A DNA stretch of 64,000 nucleotides from an uncultured Actinomycetes bacterium. Lineage in GTDB: Bacteria; Actinomycetota; Thermoleophilia; Gaiellales; Gaiellaceae. Below the pieces are notes generated by a model. It made no database searches, had not been told where the DNA came from, and saw nothing but the letters and a program-made list of their open reading frames with translations. The translations under genes and the position numbers were made by a program. Where the stretch lies: the NCBI GenBank assembly GCA_963793035.1, contig CAWBYI010000004.1, positions 4,175 to 68,174 on the forward strand, read 5' to 3'. Positions 1-10,862 of the stretch are shown piece by piece; within the stretch, counting starts at the first letter, position 1, and each line of letters starts with the position of its first letter.

Positions 1-2187
1 GCCGGCCTCACGGCGCATCTCCGACCAACTGTGGCCGCCGGCGTAGATGTCCTCGAGTTCGAGGCCGGTGCTCGTCGAGGAATTCACCGAGTCCGACGTC
101 GCCGAGCGAGCGGAGTTCGTTGCACCGCTCGCGCCACGTGCTCGGGATCGCGTCGCGGATGCTGCGGAGCACGATGTCGCGCGCCACCTGATCAAGCTGG
201 AAGCTGCAGCCGGCGGGGAGGAACGGGAAGTCGTGTCGAACCTGGCGCTCGACGTCGGCGCGTGACCCGCCGAGCAGCGCGCGCAAGCGCCGGTCGAATC
301 GGAACTCCTTGCGGTGCGTGCCGACGAAGTCGAGGACGGTGCAGACGCGCCTTGCCCGTCGCCTTCCGGAGCCCGCGGCCGAGCTGCTGCAGGAACAGCG
401 TCGGACTCTCGGTCGGGCGAAGAAGCAGCAGCGTGTCGACGCTCGGCATGTCGATGCCCTCGTTGAACAGATCGACGGTGAAGACGCACGCGGACTTCCC
501 TTCCGCGAGATCGCGCAGCGCCGCCCTGCGCTCGTCCGACGGCTGGTCGCCGAGACAGCTACGGCGGCGAGTCCGAGTTCGCGTGAACCGCTGGGCCATG
601 AAGCGGGCGTGCTCGATGCTGACGCAGAAGCCGAGGGCTCGCATCCGCGACGGTCGGCGACGTTCCGCCGAGCTCCTCGACCACCAGGCGAACCCAAACG
701 TCGTCGGCGGTGAAGACGTTCGTCAGCGCGGCGACGTCGTAGCCCTGCCCGCGGCGCCACGGCACATCGCGCAGGTCGAGGCCGTCATGGATCGCCGAAG
801 TACGCGAATGGCGCCAGGTACTGCTGGTCGATGGCATCCCACAGCCGCAGCTCGGCGGCGATCCGGCCGTCGAAGTAGCGGAGGACGTCGAGCCCATCGG
901 CCCGCTCGGGCGTGGCGGTCAGGCCGAGCAGCTCGACCGGCTCGACGTGTTCGAGCAGCGCCTCGTACGACGGCGCTGCGGCGTGGTGGAACTCGTCGAC
1001 GATGACGACGTCGAAGTGGTCGGGTCGAGTCGCGCGAGGCCGGCGCGTTGAGGCTCTGGATCGACGCGAAAACGTGCTCGAACAGCTGCGGGCGGTGCCC
1101 GCCGACCCACAACTCGCCGAAGCTCGCATCGCGCAGCGCGTGCCGGAAGGTCGCACGGCTCTGCTCGAGGATCTCCTGGCGGTGAGCGACGAACAGCAGG
1201 CGGGCTCGGGCAGGTCGTGCCGCAGCCGCGCGTAGTCGACGGCCGCCATGACGGTCTTGCCCGTGCCGGTGGCGGCGACCAGCAGGTTCCGGTGGTGGCC
1301 CTGGTGCCGGGCGACGGCGATCTGTTCGAGCAGGCGCTCCTGGAACGGGCGTAGGTGGATCTCGGTCGGGCTGGCAGCTCGAGTCGATCGGCCGCGACGG
1401 CCTGCGCTGCGCGTCGCGAACTCGGCGGCGTCGTAGGGCGCGAAGTCGTCGCTCTCCCAGTAGGAGTCGAAGACCGCCGCCATCTTGGCGACGACGTCGG
1501 GATTGCGCAGGCCGGACACCCGGACGTTCCACTCGAGCCCGGTCACCTGCGCCGAGTGCGTGAGGTTCGACGAGCCGATGTACGCGGTCGAGTAGCCGCT
1601 CGTGGCGGTGGAACATCCACGCCTTCGCGTGCAGCCGCGTCGTCGTCGTGTCGTAGGAGACCTTGATCTCGCGCCGATGCCGCCGAGCTGCGTCGAGCGC
1701 CGCTGCCTCGGTGCTGTTCGTGTAGGTCGTCGTCAGGACACGCGAACGGGCTTGCCTCGCCTCGCAGTGGCGCCGGAGCGCGTCCATCAGCGGGCGGACG
1801 CCGCTCCAGCGGACGAACGCCATGACAATGTCGATGCGTCCGCCGACGGGATCTCGGCGATCGAGCTCGTGCTGGATCGTCGGGCTCGCCCGGAGCATTG
1901 GTCAACATCGTCGTGTCGAGCAACGGGGTGAGCGGGCGCTCGATCGATTGTGGCCGTCCGTCCGGGAGAGGCTGCAGCAGCGAAACCAACACGCGTCCAG
2001 GGTCAACGGGTTCGTCGCCCCACAGATCGCCTCTTCCATCCGTGAGGGACCGGAGGCGATGTATCAACGCCGTGGCGATACGCACAGCCTCGCCGCTTCG
2101 CTTTCCTTCCGGCGCTCGCTCGATCGCTCGTGCGAGCATGCCTGCGAGGTGGCGTGATACCCGATCTGATGCTTCGGCGTCACGCAA
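1..2187 (-). pseudogene. PLD-nuclease / SF2 helicase / DUF3427-type protein. The frame is broken about 8-10 times and the 3' end runs off the left edge.
   Basis: Consecutive pieces lie in different minus frames. They include the HKD motif 'TTTRLHAKAWMF', 'GLEWNVRVS', Walker A 'LLVAATGTGKT', DExH 'FDVVIVDEFHH', 'LGLTATPER', helicase-C 'FTVDLFNEGIDMPSVDTLLLLRPTES', and DUF3427-like 'FRFDRRLRALLGG..FPFLPAGCSF'. Nt 1-60 read 'ELEDIYAGGHSWSEMRREAG' in yet another frame. Confidence 0.7.
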
Positions 2188-2410
2188 CTCGGCGACCTCG
2201 GCAAGAAGCGTCCCTTCGGGGATCCCGCGAGCAATTCCTGAAGCCTGCGCGTCAGCAGCGCTTCATGCAGTCCGGGTTTCAGAGAGTCGCTGCTGATGCT
2301 TCCGAGTTTCTCAGGCTCGGCATTTCCCGCCAAGCCGAGAAGGGGTTGCGCTCGGATCGCCGGCTCGGAAGGATCGCCCGCCCGAGCGGGCGGCGATAGT
2401 CGCATCGCGG

Positions 2411-4867
2411 TTACACGAGGGCGAGCTCGACCGCGTCCTCGAACGCCAGCGCGTGGCCCTCGGCCCAGACGGCTTCGGCCTCTGCGCCCAGGGCCTCGCG
2501 TGCACTGCCGATGTAGCGCTCGAGGAGCTCGTCCCAGAACGGGACCGAGATCGACACGCCCAGCGACTCCCACAGCGCCGCCGCAGACGCGGCCAGGCGA
2601 AGGGCGTTGTACGGGTCGGTGCCGGCGGCCGCCATCGCCACGCCCTGGACCTCGAAGCTCGTCTCGATGACGTCTCCGAGCGGCAGCGCCGCTCGGAGGC
2701 TCTCGCGGTAGCGTCTCCCGGCTTCCTCGGTATCGCCGCGTATCAGCGCGCAGTCGGCGAGGAAATGGAAGGCGAAGTGCACGGTGCGCGGGTCGCCGTC
2801 AGCCATCTCGAGCAACTCGTGTGAGAGCGACTCCGCCCGCTCGACGTCGCCCATGGCAACGAGCACCTGGCAGACGCCGACGAGCGCGCGGGTCTCACCC
2901 GGGTGGTCGCCGAGCTCTCGGCGAAGCGCGAGGCTCTGCTCGAACGCGGCGAGCGAGCCCGGGTTGTCCGCCGCGTGGTACATGAGCGTCCATCCGCGCT
3001 CGTCGAGCGCCGAGGCGAGCTCGGCCCGATCGCCCAACTCGTGCCAGAGCCCGATCCCGTCGCTGAGCCAGGCTTGCCCCCCGTCGACGTCGCCGTGCCG
3101 TGCGGTGAGCGATCCCAGCGCCGTGAGGGCGCGGGCCCGCGCTCGTCCCGTTGCCGACGAGTCGGCGAGCGCGCGATCCAGACGTCCGGAGCCCTCGGAG
3201 AGCAGCCCATGGGAGAGCCAGAACCAGCCGAGAGCGCCGGCGAGCTCGAGCGCACCGTCCGCATCGCTAGCGGTCAGCCAGTCGAGCGCAGCCCGAAAGT
3301 CGTCGTGGTCGAGCTCGAGTCGCCCGGCCCACTCCGCCTCGGCATCGAACCTCCGCTCGTACGCCTGCTCGGCGAGAGTGGAGAAGAAGTCAGCGTGCCG
3401 CTGCCGTAGCTCCTCTGCCTCTTCTGTTGCCGCGAGCCTCTCGAGCGCGTACTCGCGGATCGTCTCGAGCATCAGGAAGCGGTCGTCGCCGATCGGCTTC
3501 ACGAGGCTCGAGTCGACGAGCGCCGCGACGCCGTCGAGGTCGGCGCCCGAGACCTCCTCCGCAGCAGAGAGCGGGAAGCTGCCCGCGAAGACCGAGAGCC
3601 GCGCGAACAGCTCCTTGCTCCCGGAATCGAGCAGGTCGTAGCTCCACTCGATCGTGGCGCGCAGCGTGCGCTGGCGCTCGGGGGCGTCGCGCGCACCGCC
3701 CGTCAGCAGCGGAAGCGTCGAGTCGAGACGCTCGAGGAGCGGCTCGGGAGCGAGAAGCTTCGTGCGGGCGGCGGCGAGCTCGACCGCCAGGGGGAGGCCG
3801 TCGAGGCGGCGGCAGATCGCCTCGACGGTGGCGTCCGGCGCGAGCTCTCGCCCGATCGACCGGGCCCGTTCGACGAAGAGCGCGGCCGCATCGCTCGCCG
3901 GAAGCGGCTCCAGCCGGTACTCCCGCTCGGCCGACACATGCAGGGGCGACCGGCTCGTGACGAGCACACGCAGACCGCCCGAGGACGCGAGGACGGTGCT
4001 GACCGCCGGAGCAGCGTCGAGGAGGTGCTCGAAGTTGTCGAGCAGGATGAGCAGCTCCTTCCCGCGGAGGAAGCCGGCGAGGTCGTCGCGCGCCCCGATC
4101 GCCTGTGCGACCTCCGAGGACAGGAGGTCGGGGTCGGAGAGGCTCGCGAGCGGCACCCAGAAGACGCCGTCGCGCAGCGTGCCGACGAGCTCCGCCGCGA
4201 CCTGAAGCGCGAGGCGGGTCTTCCCGGTGCCTCCGGGCCCGGTGACGGTCAGGAGGCGCGTGCCGTTCGAAAGCGCGGCGACCAGCTCACCGAGCTCGTG
4301 CTCTCTCCCCACGAGAGGACTCGCGGCGACGGGCAGGTTCGTGGCGTCGAGCGTCTTGAGCGGCGGGAAGTCGCCAACGCCGAGCTGGTACAAGCGCTCG
4401 GCTCCGATCAGATCCTTCAGCCGGTGCTCGCCGAGATCGCGCACGCCGGTGTCGCTGTCGAGGAGCCCGCGAGTCGTCTCCGAGACGACGATCTGCCCAC
4501 CGTGGGCGGCCGCGGCGATCCGCGCAGCGCGATGCACATCGATCCCGACGTAGCCCTCGTCCGTGACGATCGGCTCGCCGGTGTGGATTCCCATGCGTAC
4601 CCGGATCAGGCCCGGCTCGAGCGCCTGCCGCGCCTCGGCGGCCGCCGCGACCGCGTCGGCCGCCCGGGAGAACGCGACGAAAAAGGCGTCGCCCTGGGTG
4701 TCGACCTCGACGCCGCCGTATCTCGAGAAGGCGTCCCTCAGCGCGCGCCGGTGCTCGTCGAGGAGATCCGCGTATCCCGCCCCGTGCTCCTGGAGAAGCC
4801 GAGTCGACCCCTCGACGTCCGTGAAGAGGAAGGTGACGGTGCCGGTCGGCAGCTCGGGCCGGCGCAT
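2411..4867 (-). CDS. Class III adenylate/guanylate cyclase fused to a STAND/AAA ATPase and TPR repeats
   Basis: An 818-aa uninterrupted ORF. The N-terminus 'GTVTFLFTDVEGSTRLLQEHG...VDTQGDAFFVAFS' is a cyclase catalytic domain. A P-loop 'VTGPGGTGKTRLA' follows, then long helical TPR-like repeats. Confidence 0.85.
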   Translation of the reverse strand: MRRPELPTGTVTFLFTDVEGSTRLLQEHGAGYADLLDEHRRALRDAFSRYGGVEVDTQGDAFFVAFSRAADAVAAAAEARQALEPGLIRVRMGIHTGEPIVTDEGYVGIDVHRAARIAAAAHGGQIVVSETTRGLLDSDTGVRDLGEHRLKDLIGAERLYQLGVGDFPPLKTLDATNLPVAASPLVGREHELGELVAALSNGTRLLTVTGPGGTGKTRLALQVAAELVGTLRDGVFWVPLASLSDPDLLSSEVAQAIGARDDLAGFLRGKELLILLDNFEHLLDAAPAVSTVLASSGGLRVLVTSRSPLHVSAEREYRLEPLPASDAAALFVERARSIGRELAPDATVEAICRRLDGLPLAVELAAARTKLLAPEPLLERLDSTLPLLTGGARDAPERQRTLRATIEWSYDLLDSGSKELFARLSVFAGSFPLSAAEEVSGADLDGVAALVDSSLVKPIGDDRFLMLETIREYALERLAATEEAEELRQRHADFFSTLAEQAYERRFDAEAEWAGRLELDHDDFRAALDWLTASDADGALELAGALGWFWLSHGLLSEGSGRLDRALADSSATGRARARALTALGSLTARHGDVDGGQAWLSDGIGLWHELGDRAELASALDERGWTLMYHAADNPGSLAAFEQSLALRRELGDHPGETRALVGVCQVLVAMGDVERAESLSHELLEMADGDPRTVHFAFHFLADCALIRGDTEEAGRRYRESLRAALPLGDVIETSFEVQGVAMAAAGTDPYNALRLAASAAALWESLGVSISVPFWDELLERYIGSAREALGAEAEAVWAEGHALAFEDAVELALV

Positions 4868-4939
4868 GGCGCGATCATCTCACCACGCCGCTCGAAGGCG
4901 TTACGCCTGTCGAATATGTGGGAGAAGTGACCGGGGAGG

Positions 4940-5944
4940 TCAGGCGCTCGCGCTCGCAGCGCGGTAGCGCGGCACGAGGCGCAGACCCGTCCGCCACGCG
5001 GCCGCGAAGAGCAGGATCGACCCGCCGACGAGAACCGCGAGCGCCTGCACCGTGACGGCGACTCCGACGGCCTGAGAGACCTCGGCTCCGGAAGCGATCA
5101 ACACTGCGGCACCGGCGCCCGCCTGTGTCACCGCTCCACCGGGAGCTATGGGGAGCGCCGCGGCGGCACAGCTCGCGCACAGGAAGAGCAGCGCGAGCGG
5201 GAGCGAGAACCCGACGCCTAGCGCACCGAGCACGATGATGAGCGCGACAACGCGGGTCATCCAGCAAGCGGAGACGAAAGCCCAGGCGAGGGCCGCGTGC
5301 CCAAGCGGGATGGTGCGCGGCTCGAGCCAGCGGCCGATCCTGTAGCGGAGGACTCGCTTGCTGCGCGTGAGGCGCGGAAGCGCCACGACGAGTGCCGCCG
5401 CTCCGACTCCCGCGACGGCGATGAGCCCCAGGCCGAGGCGCACGCCGAGCGACTGATCGGGAAGCACAGCGGCGCCGAACGCAAGCGGCGCCAGCGCGGC
5501 GGTGTCGATGAGGGCGAGCATGAAGAGCGAGAGACAGAGCGTCCGCACGCAGGCGGGGCAGCCCGGGTAGCGGCGTACGATCGCGACCCTGACGACATCG
5601 TCGAGGCGGCCCGGGAGCACGAGGCCCGTGACCGAGGCGCCTCCGCTCGCGGCCGCGAGCGCCAACGGTTGCGGCCGCTGATCGGCCGCGAACAGGCGCT
5701 GCCAGCCGAACGCCTTGAGCCCATAGCCGACGAGCGAGAGCGCGCCCGCCGCCACCAGCAGGCCTGGATGGCCGTCGGTGAGCGGCCACGGGGACTCGGC
5801 GAACTTGCGCGCGGCGAGCACAGTGATGACGATCGCAACCGTCCCCACGAGTCCGGAGAGGACGAGGCGGCCGTGGCCCGAGAGCGCGAGCCGAAGCACG
5901 CGTGAGCTTCCGAGCGCCTGGATCGGGGAAGTGAGCGAGCTCAA
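4940..5944 (-). CDS. Polytopic membrane protein, lysylphosphatidylglycerol-synthase-TM-region-like (UPF0104/flippase-like)
   Basis: Only the C-terminal ~334 aa of the 4940-6532 ORF look coding (multiple TM helices). A TTG at 5944 overlaps the upstream helicase TGA (TTGA). The N-terminal part of the ORF overlaps the DEAD-box gene in another frame. Start is uncertain. Confidence 0.55.
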   Translation of the reverse strand: MSSLTSPIQALGSSRVLRLALSGHGRLVLSGLVGTVAIVITVLAARKFAESPWPLTDGHPGLLVAAGALSLVGYGLKAFGWQRLFAADQRPQPLALAAASGGASVTGLVLPGRLDDVVRVAIVRRYPGCPACVRTLCLSLFMLALIDTAALAPLAFGAAVLPDQSLGVRLGLGLIAVAGVGAAALVVALPRLTRSKRVLRYRIGRWLEPRTIPLGHAALAWAFVSACWMTRVVALIIVLGALGVGFSLPLALLFLCASCAAAALPIAPGGAVTQAGAGAAVLIASGAEVSQAVGVAVTVQALAVLVGGSILLFAAAWRTGLRLVPRYRAASASA

Positions 5945-7131
5945 ATCTTGCGGCGAGGCCTCGGGTTGCCCCACTTCGAGCCGCCGCGCCGCGAGGTGTA
6001 CACGCGTCGTGCGGGCGCAACCTTCATGCCCGCGCTCGCGTACTGCTCGGTGTGCCCGGCGAGCCGCGCGACGCGACTCACCTCCTCCTGCTGCTCCGGG
6101 AGGACGAACGTGACGCCGACGCCCCCACGGCCGGCACGCCCGGTGCGGCCGACGCGGTGCACATAGCTGTCGTGCTCGTCCGGCGGATCGAAGTTGACGA
6201 CCTGAGTGATCTCGACCAGGTCGAGCCCGCGGGCCGCAACATCGGTCGCGACGAGCGTCGTCGCGTGCCCCGACTCGAACCGCTCGAGCGCCCGCTCGCG
6301 CTGCCTCTGGTTCATGTCGCCATGCAGTGCGACGGCCTTGACGCTCTGCTGCGCGAGCTTCCGCACGAGCCTGTCGGCTCCACGCCGGGTGCGGACGAAG
6401 ACGAGCGTGAGCCCGCGATCGCCGCGCAGAAGATCGACGAGCGTCTCGACCTTGCTGTCGGCCCTGACCGAGACGAAGCGGTGCTCGACCGCGTCGTGGT
6501 TCTCGTGCTTCGGCGGGAGCCCGGCCTCGCAACGAACCGGGTGGTTCGTGTACGCGCGGGCCAGCTCGCCGACCTCGTTGTCGAGTGTCGCCGAGAAGAA
6601 CATCGTCTGACGCTCTATCGGCAGATGGCGCACGATCCTGTCTACCTGAGGCTTGAAGCCCATGTCGAGCATCCGGTCGGCCTCGTCGAGGACGAGGATG
6701 CGCACGCCGCCCAGATCGATGGACTTGCGCTCGAGCAGGTCGTTCAGGCGGCCCGGCGTCGCGACGAGAACGTGCGCGGCGCGGGCGCGCTTCGCCTGCG
6801 AGTGGATCGGCACGCCGCCGTAGACAGCGGCCACTCGAAGGCCGTTCGAGGCGAGTGCTTGGAACTCACCGGCGACCTGGGTCGCGAGCTCGCGAGTCGG
6901 CACGAGGACGAGCGCGGCGGGCTTCCGCTCGCCGGGCTCGAGGCGCTCGAGGATCGGGATCGCAAAGCTGAGCGTCTTGCCCGATCCGGTCGGCGACTTG
7001 GCCAGGACATCGCGTCCGGCGAGTGCCTCGGGAAGAACCCGGGCCTGGATCGGAAAGGGCTCGTGGATGTCACGCGCGGCGAGCGTTTGCGCAATGCGCG
7101 CGGACACCCCGAGCTGGGAAAAGGACTGCAT
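5941..7131 (-). CDS. DEAD-box ATP-dependent RNA helicase
   Basis: Q-motif 'FPIQARVLP', 'AKSPTGSGKT', 'PTRELA', 'DEADRMLDMGF', 'SAT', 'HGDM.Q..R', 'ATDVAARGLD' and 'HRVGRTGRAG' are present. I prefer the ATG at 7131 (AGGAG ~10 nt upstream) over the TTG at 7140. Confidence 0.9.
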   Translation of the reverse strand: MQSFSQLGVSARIAQTLAARDIHEPFPIQARVLPEALAGRDVLAKSPTGSGKTLSFAIPILERLEPGERKPAALVLVPTRELATQVAGEFQALASNGLRVAAVYGGVPIHSQAKRARAAHVLVATPGRLNDLLERKSIDLGGVRILVLDEADRMLDMGFKPQVDRIVRHLPIERQTMFFSATLDNEVGELARAYTNHPVRCEAGLPPKHENHDAVEHRFVSVRADSKVETLVDLLRGDRGLTLVFVRTRRGADRLVRKLAQQSVKAVALHGDMNQRQRERALERFESGHATTLVATDVAARGLDLVEITQVVNFDPPDEHDSYVHRVGRTGRAGRGGVGVTFVLPEQQEEVSRVARLAGHTEQYASAGMKVAPARRVYTSRRGGSKWGNPRPRRKI

Positions 7132-7326
7132 TCGATTCAACTCCTGTCTTGCCCGGCTGACCGGGCTGTTGGGTCGAGATCCGTCTCATTCGACCCAGTG
7201 GAGGAACCGAAGAAGTCAAACCTCACGGGATAGCGGGGCTATCCGTGCCGCCCACGGTAGCAGTAGCCGGACGCTGCACGATTGCGCGGCGCTAAGGCGA
7301 CGAGAGCAGTTTGCGATGATCGGGAC

Positions 7327-8132
7327 GTGGCGGATGCCGAGCGCGACGGATCCGATGTCGTCAAGACGATCGGCCAGCTCCTCGGGCTCGCTGCCGGCTT
7401 TCTCGGGCTCGTGTACGCCGCCGGCGGCGGTGTTCTCGCACTTCGGCTGTACCTGGCCGACTTCCGTCGCGGACGATCGTCAGCCAGCTGCCTCGCGACG
7501 TGCTGATCTCGATCGGGCTTGCGCAGATCGTCCTGCCCGTGCTCGGAGTCGCTGCGCTCTACGTGATCTACCGACTCCTTCGAGGGCCGACGCCGCCCCC
7601 AACGCGGCTCGTCCGCGAGTGGACGGAGCGGTCGGCGCGCGGCTGGGCAACCCTCGCCGGCGCGAGCGCGATACCGGCGCTCGTCGTCGCCGGGACCATC
7701 GCGCTCGGCGCGGACGGCGTGCGAGGCGAGTCGCTGTGGCTCGTCCCCCTGGCATTTCTCGTCACCCTGCTCGCGGTGCTCGTGGCACTTCGCCTCAGGG
7801 CGGAGCTCGTCGCCCGCTACGGCGAGCCGCACGGACTCTGGAGCACGCGCCGCCCGATCGTCTGGATGACGCTCGTCGTCGCCCTGGCGGCGGTGCCGAT
7901 CTGCGTGCTCATCGCGGGGACGCTCTACACCTTGCTCGACGCGAAGGTCTGCACGAGCCAGTCCGAGGTCACGGGTGTCCTCATCGGTGAGACCAGCGAC
8001 CGCACGTACATCGGACAGACGGACCGACCTCGGGGCCCGCTTCTCGTGTTCTCGATTCCGAGCTCGCAGATCCAGCAGACGTTCATCGGGGGAGACGCCG
8101 ACCTGCGGCCGTGCTCGGCGCCGAGCTCGTAG
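7327..8132 (+). pseudogene. Hypothetical multi-pass membrane protein, one apparent frameshift near 7462-7466
   Basis: The 7282-7506 frame ('...GFLGLVYAAGGGVLALRLYLADF') continues naturally into the 7500-8132 frame ('PSRTIVSQLPRDVLISIGLAQIVLPVLG...') if one C is added in the ttcc run. No family recognised. Start (GTG 7327) is uncertain. Confidence 0.45.
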
Positions 8133-8145
8133 GCGCGCGCGCCGA

Positions 8146-8628
8146 CTACTCGAGCGAGAGCCGCGCCGCGATCCAGCCGACGGTGTCCTCGTCGAGCGGG
8201 CCCGCCGCCCGAACCCGCTCGACGAGATCTGCGGGATGCGTCACCAGCACCCCGTCCATCCAGAACGGCTGCGGGGCTCCGCCCCAGTGCTCCGCGTGGA
8301 AGCAGAGAGCCGCTCGGATCGGAACGTCTTTCGCCCGGCCGTTGACCGCGCTCGCCATGACTGCGACGTGCCGCTCGATCGCGTCGACCGACGCCGATGC
8401 GTCGCACGCGTCCACCTCGAGCTCGAGCTCGCCGCGGAGCGTCGAGTCGACGACCCAGATGCCCGTGGGCGCGACGACGACGTGGTCGACGCGCACCTCC
8501 GACCCGGGCACGTGGAGGTCATGCAGCACGATCGCGACGTCGTCCAGCTCACGTTCGAGAAGCGCGCCGACGCGCTCCTCCGCATCCTGCTCACGACCGT
8601 GCCGCATGACGTTCTGGCCTTGAGTCAT
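8146..8628 (-). CDS. NERD (nuclease-related) domain protein
   Basis: 160-aa ORF. 'VAIVLHDLHVPGSEVRVDHVVVAPTGIWVVDS' matches the NERD core pattern (LhdL.iPg...iDHvvv.p.Gv.vv). Confidence 0.6.
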   Translation of the reverse strand: MTQGQNVMRHGREQDAEERVGALLERELDDVAIVLHDLHVPGSEVRVDHVVVAPTGIWVVDSTLRGELELEVDACDASASVDAIERHVAVMASAVNGRAKDVPIRAALCFHAEHWGGAPQPFWMDGVLVTHPADLVERVRAAGPLDEDTVGWIAARLSLE

Positions 8629-8730
8629 CCACCGTCAGCGTTCCACGGCTCGCGCGCCGCGCCTACGCACCGACCGGACGGTTCCGCCCCGGCATTCGGC
8701 TAGTACGGGGTCTGGCTTACGATCGGCCGA

Positions 8731-9573
8731 ATGGATAGGGCCGAATACAAGCGCGCGGCGTGCGAGACCTGGGAGACGATGGCGCCCGGCTGGGAGCGCT
8801 GGCGCGACGCGATCGAGGCGACCTCGGTGCCGATCCGCGAGTGGATGCTCCGCGAGCTCGCGCCGAGCCCGGGCGACACGATCCTCGAGCTCGCGTCCGG
8901 CTTCGGCGACACGAGCCACGCGGCCGCCGAGCTCGTCGGGGAGAGCGGGCGCGTCATCTCCACCGACTTCAGCCCGACGATGGTCGACAGCGCGCGGCGC
9001 CGCGGCGAGCGAGCTCGGGCTCGAGAACGTCGAGTACCGGGTCATGGACGCCGAGCAGATCGAGCTCGAGGACGACTCGGTCGACGGCGTGCTCTGCCGG
9101 TTCGGCTACATGCTCATGCCGGACACGGCCCGCGCGCTCGCGGAGACGCGGCGCGTCCTGCGAGCCGGGTGGCCGCCTCACGCTCGCCGTCTGGCGCGAG
9201 GCCGAGCGCAACCCCTGGATCTCGATCGTCGGTCGGATGCTGCTCGAGCGCGGCCACGTCCCACCGCCAGAGCCCGGCGCGCCGGGGATGTTCACGATGG
9301 CGCGCGACGAGCGCGTCCACGAGCTGCTCGAGGGCGCTCGGCTTCACCGTCCTTCGGCTCGAGGAGATCCCCGTGCTCTTCACCTACGAGAGCCTCGACG
9401 AGTACATCGAGCGCGCGAAGGACACGGGTGGGATCTTCGCGCGGGTCTGGCGCGAGATGCCTGACGGCGAGCGCGAGGCGATGGAGTCGGCGTTCGGCGA
9501 GGCGTTCGCGCCGTACGAGCGCGACGGGCGTTACGAGTTCCCGGGCGTCGCCCTCGGCGTCGCGGCGAGCTGA
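8731..9573 (+). pseudogene. Class I SAM-dependent methyltransferase, middle third out of frame (three frameshifts, net zero)
   Basis: Motif I 'ILELASGFGD' is in the annotated frame. The sequence continues as 'ELGLENVEYRVMDAEQIELEDDSVDGVLCRFGYMLMPD' in the 9044 frame and 'GGRLTLAVWREAERNPW...' in the 8760 frame, then returns at 'GFTVLRLEEIPVLFTYES'. Shifts lie near 9000, 9160 and 9339. Confidence 0.75.
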
Positions 9574-9576
9574 ACC

Positions 9577-10567
9577 TCAGGCCGGCTTGCGGTACGTCGT
9601 CCAGGTCGCCACGACCTCGTAGCCGAGCCCCGAGTACAGGTCGAACGCGCCGTTCGGGTTCTCCGTGTGCACGCCGAGCGCGACCTCGGTCATCCCGCGC
9701 TTCGCGAGCTCGCGGATGCTCTCGACGATGAGCGCCTTTGCGACGCCGCGACGGCGCCAGCGGCGCGAGGTCGCGATCGCCTCCGTCCAGCCGCGCTCGC
9801 GGCCGTGCTCCGCGTTCTCCGCCGGGTTGATGAACGACTTGACCTGCCCAGCGACGCCCTCCTCGTCCCAGGCGATCTTCCAGAGCGAGTAGTCGTTGTA
9901 CGGGAACGCGAGGAACCGCTCGTACCCCTCCTCGCCCGGATCCACGAAACCCCAGTGGTCACGGAACGCCTCGACATCCGCGTCCCAGATCGTCCGCAGC
10001 TGGTCTTCGGTCACGGGCCTGATCTCGAGGCCTTCGGGGAGCGGGTGGTCGGGAAGGTCCTCGACGGACGGACGGATCATCTCGGCGGAGTAGGTGATCG
10101 GCTCGTAGTCCGCGCCGCGGATGAGCGCGGCGGCGGCCTCGTTGCGGTCGTTGCAGAACGCCTCGAACAGCTTCTCAGGAGCGTCGTCGTGCTCATCGGC
10201 GATCTCCCTCAGCCGCTGCTGATTCCAGGCGAAGAGCGACGGAGCCGATGCCGCGGCCGCCGAAGTCGGGGTCGAGGAAGCAGACCTGCTTGTAGACGCG
10301 CGGGCCGTCGGGCTCCTGGTCCCACCAGAGGCGGCTGTACGCGACGGGTTGCCCATCGACCTCGGCGACGAGCAGGTCACGGTCGGGATCGCAGCGGTCG
10401 AGATGGTCGTAGAACGACGCGAGTACGTCCGCGGTCTCGACGCGGTCCTGCCCCTCGCCCCTCGACGTCGCCGTGATGATGCGGGCGAAGTCCTCGTAGT
10501 CGGCCGCCCCGCGAAACGGCCGGAAGGCGACCCCTTGGAGTTGTGTGATCGTCGGCATTGGACTCAT
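9577..10567 (-). pseudogene. Two-domain GNAT N-acetyltransferase (mycothiol-synthase-like architecture), one frameshift near 10239-10243
   Basis: N-terminal part in the 10193-10708 frame ('MSPMPTITQLQG...FLDPDFGGRGIGS'). The C-terminal part is in the 9577-10380 frame ('LFAWNQQRL...RRWRRRGVAKALIVESI...'). A GGGAG RBS precedes the ATG at 10567/10558. Confidence 0.7.
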
Positions 10568-10673
10568 TCTCCCTCTCGTCTCGCATGACGTGACCTGCGC
10601 GGCTTCGCTTCCGGAGCGACGAGCACGCCCTCGTCTCTCCGGAAGCGCGCCGCTTCGTTCTCGGGCTCGGCCC

Positions 10674-10862
10674 TCAGGCATCGGCCTGCAGGCGGGCTCG
10701 AGCTCCACGGAAGAACCCGAACGCGGCTTCCAGGGCGAATCGCTGCCTCTGCCTGTGCCTGCGTCCGCGAGCCTCGCGGGCGAACCGTGCGGCGCTTGCC
10801 TCGCGCCTCAGGTGCTCACGATGCTCATGGCTCCGTTCCCGAAGTGCTTCGAACTCGAACAT
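10674..10862 (-). CDS. Small basic hypothetical protein (62 aa)
   Basis: ATG preceded by AAGGAGGAG. Arg/His-rich helical sequence, no family recognised. Confidence 0.35.
   Translation of the reverse strand: MFEFEALRERSHEHREHLRREASAARFAREARGRRHRQRQRFALEAAFGFFRGARARLQADA

Noticed and set aside
4940-6532. 530-aa ORF with a long Arg-rich N-terminus
   Set aside because: The N-terminal ~195 aa overlap the DEAD-box helicase gene in another frame. The membrane protein most likely starts at the TTG overlapping the helicase stop.
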